A DNA stretch of 46,510 nucleotides from Perkinsus chesapeaki ATCC PRA-425. Its lineage: Eukaryota > Protista > Perkinsozoa. The notes below the pieces were generated by a model, which was given only the letters and a program-made list of their open reading frames with translations, made no database searches and was not told the DNA's origin. The translations under genes and the position numbers were made by a program. How positions within the stretch are numbered: position 1 is the first letter of the stretch; each line of letters begins with the position of its first letter. The stretch is taken from positions 1 to 46,510 of the forward strand of contig JAAPAO010000253.1 in assembly GCA_013115145.1 (NCBI GenBank), written 5' to 3'. Of the stretch, positions 1 through 11,748 are shown in pieces.

Positions 1-227
1 CCTGGCCGGATTGCCCCCGAAGAGGCGGAAGCCTGTCGATTGCGAATAGCTGTTTGTCAAAGTCGCGCGAAAGAGTCTCCATCACCGTCACCAAATCTGG
101 AATGCCCAGAAGACGCGTCACTGCAGAAGTTACCTATCGGCAACGAGGTGACGAATACCTCTCCCCGCTCAGCCCGACAGCTCGATATTTCAGATAAGCC
201 TCGGATTTTGCTTCATAAACGCTGTAG

Positions 228-409
228 CGTTCGCGATCAAGCAAATGCTGAGCACGTCGTTCGCTGGGTCGAAGATAATGATACTCGACGTTGACGTTCA
301 TCATGGCAACGGTAACGAGACCGCGTTTTTCGACGATCCAAGAGTACTCACTTTCTCTATTCATCGGTATGGTCCTGATAATTCTACAGGGCAATACGTC
401 ATGCCCGGG
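228..409 (+). CDS. Histone deacetylase (HDAC-family) catalytic-domain exon; rest of gene not resolved
   Basis: After acceptor tgtag the frame reads AFAIKQMLSTSFAGSKIMILDVDVHHGNGNETAFFDDPRVLTFSIHRY...VMPG, containing the Zn-binding DxDxHHGNG and (V)LxxSIH motifs of class I/II HDACs. Confidence 0.8.
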
Positions 410-768
410 TTCTCCACCATGTTCAGAGCCTTGGCTGGGACACTGGTCGACTCAAGAGCCATGAGTTAAAGAGTAGAAAAAGTAGTTGGGTTTAATTGGT
501 TTATATATCATGCACGGGAATCTTTCAACGGTTTCAACAAAGATACTTGTGCGCAGCGCGTATTTGTGCAACAGCGCAAACAGGTAGTCAGATAGGTTCC
601 GAGACTACAGTAGACAGGCAGATAGGCAACAGTAATTTAAAAAAACTCAATATAATTATCTCAAGAAGTTTCAAGTGATACTAATGTAGGGCAGAACATC
701 GTAATTGGCTACAGGCTATTGCCCAAAGCAATGACGGCCTCGCGCCACGCTGGTCTGAGACGGCGCCG

Positions 769-794
769 AAAGTTCCAAAAGTTCCAAAAGTTCC
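769..794. repeat. Short tandem repeat, about 3 x 9 bp (AAAAGTTCC)
   Basis: aaagttcc-aaaagttcc-aaaagttcc read directly. Confidence 0.8.
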
Positions 795-1748
795 GGTCAC
801 CTGAGCTCTCACAACCCGAAGGACCTCCCTCGGGCATACTCTGGCATTCATGGGTCATCCAGTGTATTTCGGAGATCATTTTCTAGGATAGCACCTAAGG
901 GTGAATCCTTCAGGTTCCCGGGATGGAGCGACGTTGTATTGCCACCTGTCGTTTTCACACTTGGTGATACATCTGATCCAGTATAATCCTATCATACTGG
1001 CATTCCACATTGGAATTCCGATTTCTTGTTGCCTACTGCAGTTTGGTCCGCTCTCACTGCATAGTGCTTTGGTCATACAAGTGCGTCCACCGCGAAGCCG
1101 CTTCGCGATAGCATCCCGCAGAGTTCGCCGCTAACCCCACAGCCACTGGGAACCAACCAGCCTAACTGCTCAGTGCCGGGCCCAGGTCGACTCTTTAAGT
1201 CAAGCTTACACCTTCAACTGGTACCCTATCCTGCCTACTCTACAGCCACGCTCCGCGAGAATGTGTTATGAATTATATTGTGTGTTCATCATTTTATTTT
1301 GTATCCTTTTGCGTCAGTAGACTGCTATCGGAAGGGGCGTTCATGTTTTGTCCCCGCTGGCTTCAGAGCCAAAGTGCTAATTCTCGTTTCCGATTCCAAT
1401 ACTTCTTCTGCGAGACTGTCCCCGGTTGCGTCTGACAACTACTTTTGTTTTACATATCCTCAACCTAGGCTTAAGCGTACCATAACGCTGACTTCTTAAA
1501 GTATTGCGGATTCCACAATGTGGAACCGACTCACACCGACTGACTCAGGACCTGCAGTGTTGTGCTGAACTAGGCCAGTGCAGTTCTGCGTGGAGAACGC
1601 CGTGAGTGACAGCGGCATGCGCACGGTGCGGTTTTGTAGATGCTTTGCAGGATCTCTTAGTCACATTCTTCGGGGTAAACCGTACAGTATAGCCTATTCT
1701 GTATAGGTATTGAGCTCTCCCGGCAATTGCACGTAGAATGGATAGTTC

Positions 1749-1797
1749 AACTAAGTCATTTTTGCCGTTCGACTATAAACTCACACACACATAGCTG
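1749..1797 (+). repeat. Dispersed ~50-bp repeat, copy 1 (copy 2 at 40783-40834)
   Basis: aactaagtcatttttgccgttcgactataaactcacacacacatagctg aligns with aactaagccttcttcggcggcgttaggctataaactcacacacacttagctg; the core ctataaactcacacacac is identical. Confidence 0.6.
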
Positions 1798-2221
1798 TAC
1801 TTTGCTTATGTTTGCCTGCTCGCCTGTTGCATGAGCTAAGTTAGTTAAACTAACTCCTCGTTATGCCTGTTCTTTGATATACCACAGTTTACGTGGCAAG
1901 ATCGCTATGGGATGAAATGGATTTCGTCCGTTCAATGGACTAACACCGAGCCGTTTTCTTGCCTTGAAACGGCAGCAATAATGTAACGACGGATGAGCTT
2001 AAAGGGGACAGCCAGTCCCGGATAGGAGAATGGAAAAGTAGCACAGCTTTGGCGGAATGACCACGACACCGAACTACACTGGATTCCTGACGGGATCACT
2101 CCGTGACGGGACGAGCTATCGTGATGAAGTACACAGCCACACTGCACGCATGCTCATGCTTCCGCGCACGCCCCCTACTGGAAACAGTCCGACTTGGGGA
2201 AAGTGTTATTACTGAATATCT

Positions 2222-2910
2222 TTGGACACCATGCAGCCGACTCTCTCGCCGTGCTCGCCCATGACAGGTGTATTAAGTCCTATTCCTCCGCGGCCTTCGC
2301 GCTTCGATTCTCTGACCAGGTATGTCCCCAAACTCGCTAAACCTGAGACGCCTCCACCGTTTTCAGGTCGGCTGTTGTATTCCCAGTATCCCGTCCACGA
2401 CGAAGCTCCATTCACTTTCCTAGCCCATCAGTTGTCGGTCGACGTCGCAGCTCCCTGATAGGAAGTAAGAATCCGGCTTCACAACACATTCCATTGCTCC
2501 CCTCAGGTACCAAGATGTCTCCCTCATCACCGAGCGTTTCGCAAGTTTTACTTCCGACTCAATCGGCCATACCGATTCCGCCGGCAAGTCCCTACTTCGT
2601 GGTGCGCGCTCGTCGGCCAATCCTACCTTATGTGATCCTTCAGGACTTATCCCAAAACTCATACGTGCCAAGAGGTCACCGCTCATCAGTAACTGGCACG
2701 AACTTCCTGGTGAGCCTCAGCCGCGGGCGTATTGTACTAGTTCTCAGGCTCCATCGCGAGTCGATACGATTTATTCGAGCTCCCCGCCAGCTAGAATCTC
2801 AAGAGTTGTCACACGCATACATAGCCCCCATGGTAGAAGTCCGCCAAAGGAGTTCACGACAACTTACTCTAACACCGGTAACCTTTGAGAAGAATCTCGG
2901 TTATTTCTAA
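2222..2910 (+). CDS. Possible spliced Ser/Pro-rich hypothetical protein
   Basis: Two adjacent S/P-rich ORFs (2222-2458, 2494-2910); no recognisable domain. Confidence 0.25.
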
Positions 2911-4212
2911 TTCAGCCACGGTTACTTCCAATCCGCCATCCCCGGCGGATCCCCCGACATCCTCATCTAAGGCCTATACAATGTTCATTACTCCATGATG
3001 TACGTTTTTAAAACATCCAATTACTCAGCATGTATATTGTAACGTTGAGCAGCAATGACCTGCTCTTCGTCGTCTTGCATATATCACAGTGTTTCCCCTA
3101 TTGACTGTCTTGCAGTTAAACAGTTGAAGTAGCATCAGCCCATAGAAGGACCAAAACCCCTCATATTTAGAATCCGCAAAGGGGCCACTAGCAAGGCGTT
3201 CCGTTCCTTCATCGCTGTGCTGGTCTATTAGCCAGCGACCTTTTCATCTGGTGGTATTTACTAAAACCACGCTCAGTGCTAATCAAGGCTCATAGCGCAG
3301 TAACGGGCACATACTAAGTGGAATCGATCCTCTGTCCCGTCGTAGGCGAGGAGAAATGGGCTTCTGTTTCAGCTGTAGAATTGAGTTTAGAAGATCCATT
3401 GAAGAAAGCAGGCGCCGTGCCGTTGTGCGGAAGTTGCGCGGCGACATGATCAGCACAATCCGGTAGCACAGCAATAAACTGAATACCAACTTGAGTGATT
3501 AATTCTGGTCAAGTTTATAGCTGCACTGCATTGTCCTTTGAACGGGACCAGCTTCGAAGGGACCTTCGATCCTTAAGGCGCACTTTCAATTTCGAAGGGC
3601 AACAATCTTTAAAAGCTCCAATGGTCGATTCCTCACTCTCTTTAGGAATGGTACGAGGTGCCGCACTTTAAAGGTTAGAGCTAACAGCACCTCACCACTA
3701 GTACTGAGCTATATAGCCAATACAAGCCATTATATAAGGACCCACTGCGGATATGATTAATATAGTTCATGTGGAGCCACTTCTAACGACTCCTTTTACT
3801 CCATTTGTCGCGACTACAGCTGTCTTATCTCGTCTCGTCTCCACCAGTGTTACCCACACCTTTGCATACCCTCCAGCCCATCCCGTTGGTGGGAAATAGA
3901 TGTGTAGGTAATGTGGCAATGTAAAGCGTCCACTGCGGTGAATGGCATGAACATTTATTCAACGCGTCTGCGCCTGCGCCGTTGGTTTTCGGCGCACGGC
4001 GCCCTGCCTGAAGAAGGAGCCAGGAGGCATCCTCAACTATGGTGTGTTCTATCCCGATTGACCTTCAACTGTGGGCATTCATCGTACAGTTGCAAGAGCT
4101 GGACACTCACAGGTAACCTCACAGTCCTATGGTGCTGAGCGATAAAACAATCGATTGAGTTTGAGGAATTGGTGCCCGGGGCCGAAGGAGCTGGGGTGAC
4201 AGTCTCCGCGCC

Positions 4213-5001
4213 TTGGTGACACCGAACTCGTCGCCGATGAGCCGTCTATCGATTCTCATATTCACTATGGATCTCGACGTGAAAATGGGTCACCTTTCCG
4301 AACTTGGTCCAAGTATTCGTTTCCAAGCGAAGTACGGAGATTCGGAGCATCCGAAGGGAACATGGTACCGTGTTATTATGTCGTTAACTTTGGCATGTAC
4401 GGCAATCTATGGCGCAATCAGGATCGGTTTTTCACTATCGGTCGACAATATAATAGAAGCGTACGTGTGGCAATGGCGGATCGAACTGCGTAACCTTGAA
4501 GTTAGTCCCGACCCTGCTACATTTGGCGGTCTGGTTAATACTACAGCGTGTATCGTTTCTGGTCCAGAAGATTATGTTAATATTTCATTTGTTCTATCGA
4601 TAACCAACAATCCTCCATGGCTGGAAGTTTATATCACTTCAGTGCGGGTCATTGAACCGGACTTGGATGGTATCCAGCTTAGAGCTCGGTCTCCACCATT
4701 TAAGGGCGACGGTGAGGTTCTCGTTCGGCAAGGAATTCAAGCGTATCGTGTGACGAGAGAGAAGTACAGAGAGTCGTGGGCCGTGGCAAACACCGACACA
4801 GACTCCGCTCTATGGCTTGCACTCGATGTTCGGTTCTCAATTTTTGGTTATCAGACAGGGGACTACAGTGCGAGGAGTTATGTTACTGGCGGCTCTGCAC
4901 TACATACTGCCCACTGGGTTGGTAACAGATTATCTGTTAGCAAAAACGACTACTTCTTGCCGCTTCCAGTCCATAGGGTGAAGGGCTGTCTCGCACTGTG
5001 A
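4213..5001 (+). CDS. Intronless hypothetical type II membrane protein (one N-proximal TM, beta-rich C-terminal part; LEA_2-like only tentatively)
   Basis: 262-aa ORF with hydrophobic segment VIMSLTLACTAIYGAIRIGFSLSV followed by strand-like ISFVLSITNNPPWLEVYITSVRV. Confidence 0.5.
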   Translation: MVTPNSSPMSRLSILIFTMDLDVKMGHLSELGPSIRFQAKYGDSEHPKGTWYRVIMSLTLACTAIYGAIRIGFSLSVDNIIEAYVWQWRIELRNLEVSPDPATFGGLVNTTACIVSGPEDYVNISFVLSITNNPPWLEVYITSVRVIEPDLDGIQLRARSPPFKGDGEVLVRQGIQAYRVTREKYRESWAVANTDTDSALWLALDVRFSIFGYQTGDYSARSYVTGGSALHTAHWVGNRLSVSKNDYFLPLPVHRVKGCLAL

Positions 5002-6418
5002 AGATCGTTGTCTTAAGTGTACAATTCTATGTATCATTCATATCCACTATTCGCCAGAATCTGGATTGAGTTGTTAGAGTATTATTAATGGACAACTTGC
5101 TGCCGTTCATCCTACGGAAACCTTTTCCTATATGTGGTCGGAGCGACAAAAATGCCCCTAATTCGGAGTGTAACGGGAATCCTCATCTGAAACAGGTTCC
5201 CGGGGAAGAGCCTGCAACGCATTCTTTCTGGGGATAGTTTGATGTCTTCCTATGATTCACCGACTATTTGTCCTGGATAAGTTGCCCAGTTTTTGGCAAG
5301 TGAACAGCACCGCTCAGGTCCAGCACCCGACTAATGGATGCAGGCGGCCGACGCCGACTCAGCTTCATCAGTTCCACCGTCGGCGGGCGTACCGCCCTGG
5401 TGATGCGCGAGAAGCCAGGAGCCGCCAACTCCAAGATATGCTCATACCACATTCTCCAGACACTATGTCAGAAGTATGAACAAATTGGATGATTCGTGCG
5501 ATTGTCTTATTGTGAACAAGAATCTGCAACCCCAGAAAGTCCAGAAAGTGCTCTCAACGCGCTTCCCCCACCCCCGAAAACCATGTTGCGTGGGCGGGTA
5601 CGAAACAAGTTAGCAAACGGGTGGTGGCTACTTGTCCTCACTTCCTTCTGGTCATTGTTCGCTCTTGCCTTCCGTTCACGCTAGAATGGTTGCGGCTCAT
5701 ACTGGAGCATCTTAGTTACGTTCGGAGGTGAGAAGCCAAGTAGGAGCTCCAACCTTTCCGTAGCGTACTCTTTCCCGCGATGTGCTGCATCCTAGATAAG
5801 GTTGGATGCTTCGTTCACCCCTCAGGTCGGCCCTCCTGTTCTCCCATCTACGTCGCGGATTCTACGAAATGTCTACGCACATCTCCGCAACCGAGACGTG
5901 ATTGCACTTCAGCCCTTAAAGAGTTGGAGCTCCAATCAGTACGTCTCTGAACATTGGTTATTTATTTGATGAAGGGTGCTTCAAAACAATCTTTATGTCC
6001 GGATGGGCCCTTCAAGATTTCTTGGTAGACTTCGCATGCGTCGACGAGTAATCGATTTCCAGAAGTGCACACGGGGCTTTGACACCGCCTCTGCTATCCA
6101 TGTTATCTCCTACAAACACTACGCTTCAGCTCAAAACTTGATGAGAAAGTTCTTGGACCCCCATTGGGCCACGGTATTGGTTTATCATTATACCACACTG
6201 TCCGTGTCCGAAACTCCGACCTCCGCCGGTGACTTCGCCAAGATGTCAATTGTTCTATCTTACTATTGTATAAACTAAACCGCGCTTCATTATCTTGCAG
6301 CACTGTCGGATGTTAAGTTATTTGCACTCTCACTGGTTGGGAATAACTCAACATATCAGATGTTGGTATTAGTGGAGCTCAATGATTAAGTCGATAATAA
6401 AACACACAGCATTGGTTA

Positions 6419-9134
6419 TTAAATACTCCTCACTTCTTCTGCCACAGTGCCGTCGTTCTCACCCTCGATTCTCGTCCAGACACCACCGACATTTCCACCT
6501 CGAGACTTCCACACTATCTCTTCAATCAACGGCAAACCGTCCTCCATTTCGGCGACCTCATCAGATGTCAAAGGATACGCAAATGAATACAAACCAGAAC
6601 TGCCCCACTTCACAGATACCTACAAAAAGTTTGAAGATCAATCGTATAACAATATATAATACTTACGCTACTACTTTATACCATTTCAAGATCTAATTTC
6701 TAAAAGCCTGGACCGAATTAATATGGCCCAAAACGCATTAGTTTCTTGGAAATGCTGTATAGTGACGCTACCACAGTGAAATTGAAAGTTCTGAATGATT
6801 TTCCCACAAGGCGAATAACCCACTTCTGATCGCCTGTACATGATAATAATAAATATATTGTCGAAACATCAAACATTATACATTGTCACCATTCACCTTC
6901 AAGTATCTACTTGGGACTCAACACCACCAACGCAAAACAGTACCCCGAAAACCAGGCCAGCGGGAAATGTCATCTCTTCACACCACCCTCCTTACACTCT
7001 TCCCTGCACTCAGCAGCTCGACCACCAATGGCTTTGCAACACCTCGAGCAGCATCAGACTTGGAGTCCATGGAGAAAGAGTCTTCACCTTCGATCAGGTA
7101 ATGCTTGCCCTTCTTATCAACATATGTACCCTACAGCTCGATAACACTGCGAACCCGATATAACCAACCCCACCTGGAGCGAGGCTAGGATAGGCTCAGT
7201 GCTCAACAGTGGTTCTGAACCCGAGCTGGAACGTGTTGTCTCCGTCACTGCGACCTTCTGAAAGAGAAATGCCACATTAATAAGATCTTGACAGTAGTTT
7301 GCCGATCCACACCAACTTGGCCCGGGAGGAACACTTTAACTTTGTTTCGGAGATCGCACTGATCGGAGCGGGGAGAACCCACCTTCTGTCAAGGTGTGAA
7401 ATTGCAGCTAGGGGCTTACGAGCAAATAATTTAGAACTAGGAAGTCGGTATTGATATCCACTTGAATGAACTGCTTCCAGCGTCCACTTGGGTACTTACG
7501 GTAGTACGTATAGAGTCTCAGTAATGCCAATTCCCAGCAAACAGTACATTGTTGAACATACAGAGCAAATGAGATTCTACCGAATCGAGGAGATATACCA
7601 AGTCAAAGACCAAATCCAAGTCTTATGTCCACTTATTCACCTCCGCATACCAACTCGCAATAATCTTCTCTCCCCTCCGTACCTCATCCCGTGACTTCTT
7701 CTTTTTACCCTTCCCCCCCTCTGGCCCCTTAGTGTACCGTCCTGTACCAATAACAGCACCATAGAGAGCTTCCTCGTCATCAGTGCCTTTTAGGGCGTTC
7801 CTGAAAACATTATATCTTCAAAATGAAGATATTAGTCTTTTCCCAAAGTGCCTTCAAGACATAAATTCGATATTCCAATCTCTTTAATTCGAATACTCTA
7901 ATCAGCGTTCACATGCTACAGGTTTAGTACTTAAATCTGCTTAGTTATTTACACGGATTGGAGGATTGTTAAGTTTTAATATTAGATATATGCATATCCT
8001 CGGCGCGGGCTCAATCCAAAAATGATGTCACGTCACCCCCTCCATCAGTGCGTTCATTGCAATCCTATCCGTCTTCCATCTCACGTCAAGTTCGTCAGTT
8101 GGGGATTTCGGGCTCGCTGGCGATGCCGACGACTACGCACTAACGAAGACTGGGGAATTTTTCCAGGCAAAAAACATTGCAAAATAACAAAGGCACTAAA
8201 AACAGTACCGTGGTTGTAATTTCGATATCAAACTTGAATCTTCCATATTCATTTTGGACGGACCATATCCTGACCGGCTCCCACATTGACACTATACGAG
8301 CATCAAACGCCTACAGGTGACGAATTTGATATCCTACTATTTTGACGAATAGAGATTGTGATTTTTTTGTAATCTAAACTGGCGGCAGATCTGCCGCCTA
8401 ATGCATTGATAGAATAACCGCCAAGCGATAGGATTGTCCGAGATAGTTTCAAACTTGACAGATTGACAATGAAATATATATCGACCAAAAGATTCCCACT
8501 TCCCTTAGCCAATACTACTTCCCCCGCAGAGCCTCCTCTTTCTCTATCTCCCTCGCAATCGCTTCGACCTTAGATCTTTGAGTGTCCGTCAAATTCTTAG
8601 GGACATCAGTAGTGTACAATTTCCAGTCAAAACTGGTCTGAACTCTGAAAAGGAGACAAGTTGCACAACACTCGTCTCCGAGAAAATTAGGTCGAATACC
8701 ACGAAGGGCTACAAGTCATCACAGCCTACAAAACCTCGGCGAGATGACCGTGAAGGGAGTTTTTATCTCACCAATAAACAGTGGGACATGATGTGGTACA
8801 CTCGCCAGTGAGAACAGTTTCAATATCAATACTGCCGAGAATGGGCCATCTAACGGCACCACTACTCTCTACCCGTCACCGGTTACTACCCAAATCGCTC
8901 CTCATTCAGCTTGAACTGATCCCAGTGAAGATTCTCAGTAGCAGAAAAATCCGCATCAGCTTCCTGCAATGAAGATCATCGAATAAGGCTTCGAGGCCAT
9001 GCCGAGGGTATTCCTACAGTGTTATCTTCCAGCCAGGTATTGTCCACACGCTTGAGGGCGTGCTCGTCCAGGTTCTCATCTGAGGAGTCTCCCCGCAGCT
9101 TCGAGAGGATCTCCTTATCGGTTCCTGAGGACAA
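6419..9134 (-). CDS. Multi-exon ataxin-2/Pbp1-like LsmAD-domain protein with a C-terminal uncharacterised LQG..WG..W domain
   Basis: Exons 9134-9018, 8963-8890 and 8644-~8519 splice in frame to WDQFKLNEERFG|VQTSFDWKLYTTDVPKNLTDTQRSKVEAIAREIE (LsmAD core). Exon 7800-7683 gives DEEALYGAV (LsmAD end motif). Exons 7130-6996 and 6619-6419 give GTYVDKKGKHYLIEG...|VSVKWGSSGLYSF...IVWKSRGGNVGGVWTR. Linkage of all exons is inferred. Confidence 0.7.
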
Positions 9135-9156
9135 CTGTGATATAGAAAATGGCAAG

Positions 9157-9349
9157 CGGAGGTATAATAGAAAGGAGTATGATAGGAAATATGCTACTAG
9201 TGATACGGAGGAGATATAATAGAAAGGAGTTTGATAGGAACTATGTTACTAGTGATACGGAGGAGATATGATAGAAAGGAGTTTGATAGGAACTATGTTA
9301 CTAGTGATACGGAGGAGGAGATATAATAGAAATGAGTTTGATAGGAAAT
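9157..9349. repeat. 52-bp minisatellite, about 3.7 copies, intronic
   Basis: Unit atataatagaaaggagtttgataggaactatgttactagtgatacggaggag; copies begin at 9163, 9215, 9267 and 9322 (last spacing 55, extra gag). Confidence 0.95.
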
Positions 9350-10459
9350 GTACTTGACCCCACACGCGGTTATTACTGAAGACACTTCCCTTAGACTGGC
9401 GGCTGGCCAAACGAACATAGTTGGTAACACTTGACGGCAGCTTCCACCATACTGGTGTCTGAAAAACAATGCACTATGGCGGCAGAGACGTGGATCATCC
9501 ACGGTGGATGATATTATATACCATTGGCAAGTAAGGAGCGATAAACCAGTGATGACGTACACCGTAATAAACAATAACAGCCAAGAATGATATATAAAGT
9601 TAAAAGTATGTTGTTGAATTATTACACGCAGATGATTAATATAATAAAACGTATAATTATTATAAGAATCTAAGAGTAAGAAGTTGGCATGTAGTGTCCT
9701 AATACGGTTATTCGTAATAGCAGTTATAGTAGTATCATTCTCGATCAGTGTACTAGCCGGACTCAGTTACTCAGTCCCGCGAGTTTGGCGGCCCTGAGCG
9801 CTGCCTCAAAGGCCGGGCCGCGACCATGATGACTGGAAGGAGAAGAAGGTAGTATCATTCCTACTCGAGCCGAATGGGGGAAACCTGATTTTTTCCCTCC
9901 TCGACCTTCGGACCACTCAAAAGTAAAAAATGGCCAACTGATCATCAGCCGAAACAGAGACAGCAAAGAGGCGGAGTTTTTGCACAGCCGTTTCCACTGC
10001 ATTTGATGAATCAACATCAGCTTAATAAATAAATAGGAATGAGGTTAGTATAATGATAAGGTGATGATAGTAATAACCTAGTGCTTGGTAAAATATTATA
10101 TTATTAACAATGGGGCCAATTTCATCCGATAGATATTAATTATTATGATCATCAATGCATCACATGATCTTATAACATCCCCCACTGTGGGGCTTGATAC
10201 CCCGCTCACCTTCCTTGGACTCGCTATATACACGTTGACATAGTTGCTCCGCGAACTTGGTAACAAATACCACTTCCTTCGACCTTCGATTTCGGCAAGG
10301 TCCTAAACACATTGAAAACATCTCCCTCTGCAATCTTATAATATCTTTGATGAACCCTTCGCCGTAAATAGGCTATTCAACATTACACCGCAGATTGGCT
10401 AATATGAAGCTTTAAATGCCACTAAGATTCCCGAAACTTCCGATAAGGGAAATAGAAAT

Positions 10460-11548
10460 GCCACAGGCATCGAGTGGCGGAATCAACAGATGCAGATCGG
10501 GCTCCAAATTGGCCGTGTTGTGATACAAAACGAGCTCAAGTATACATTGCCAATACCAAAATGACTACGGCAAAATCTAGCACCCCCATTCCCAAGCCTT
10601 CTAACTTACGTTCATTTTTATAAATCTCATCGCCGTCGACCCAGAATTGACTTCCCGGTTATTTTCCGGCTTAATCGCTAATTGACTGCTGTGACTATCA
10701 GACTGCCTCTCCCAACAGAACGAGGACAACCCCTGCTTCGCGCGCCACGAAACTCGCCCGTTGGAAAATTCGGAACCTGTTTCGGAGGTCGAGTTGGTAA
10801 GATATCTTCATTACTATCCAGAATGTATCTCCCCGAGCTACCCCAATATATTGTACCTGATCAAAGATCTCAAGGTAAATAATAACTTCGCCGCGGAGAA
10901 GTCTATCGGACTTCCTTCCATTACCGTACACAATTTCACCGTGGCATCGTCTCCTCCGCCAGGAAGGAGCGGTAGATGCATTTTTGATGTCCGAAACAGG
11001 TGAGGTTCCCTTCTAGTCTAATAACATTTTCTATTAAATTTCCCCCTTAAGAACACTTCCCTGTGTTCCCCTTATTACCGTCTTTATGCTGCAATAGCTT
11101 ATCATATGTCCGTAGAGGTACACCATCCTTGGAGACATGAACAGTGCTGCCTTGAACCTGAAAAACGATTGGAAAAGGTTTACAGAAGAGAAGATGGTCG
11201 TAGAGCTATAGGCAACGTTGACTAAGCGGGGCCAATCCAATCTAGCAATTACGATGTCCGCGGGGGGATAAAAATACATTTATTCGGTCAGAAATTTTGA
11301 TACAAAAACCATCAGGAGACGGGGGGCCATAACGAACAAGGTGATGCCTTTATTATTCTAATAACCAGTCATGATATACGCGGCGCGAAAATAGTGATAT
11401 TTCTAGTGAGGATAAAAGCCATTCATTTCCCCATTTCCACTACTCTATAAGTTTTATGGTCCTCGAGTCCATGCCACTCGCCTTGCAGCCGAGCTAGCGG
11501 GTCGTTCTCGAGCACAGAGGCAAATAGGAGATCCAGCGGGGAGGACAT
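10460..11548 (-). CDS. Multi-exon hypothetical protein with a second LQG..WG..W domain; possibly the 5' part of the LsmAD gene
   Basis: ATG 11548; exons 11548-11444, 11157-11079 and from 10856 splice to MSSPLDLLFASVLENDPLARLQGEWHGLEDHKTYR|VQGSTVHVSKDGVPLRTYDKLLQHKD|GTIYWGSSGRYIL...FCWER. The 3' end is not resolved. Confidence 0.55.
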
Positions 11549-11748
11549 GTCACCCGCCTGTTGGCCGACAGAGCTGTCCTTGCTCGGGCCCAGCATATCA
11601 AACAAGACAAAAAAGATACTGCCAATTCCTCTGTCCCACTTGCAAACACAATTCCCCACAGCGAGAAGAACTCTCTAGATCGGCTCGCATTTCGCGAGTT
11701 AATTGTTGTTGTCAGACATGCAAGTCAATCTCGACATTGTCGAATAGT

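Noticed and set aside
9157-9349. Regularly spaced repeats as a possible CRISPR array
   Set aside because: Units are contiguous and near-identical with no unique spacers; eukaryotic intron; no cas genes.
10556-10571. Minus-strand GCCGTAGTCATTTTGG, a 15/16 match to the dinoflagellate spliced leader (DCCGTAGCCATTTTGG...)
   Set aside because: It straddles a predicted intron acceptor and exon (ttttgccgtag|TCA TTT TGG), and the SL 3' end CTCAAG does not follow.
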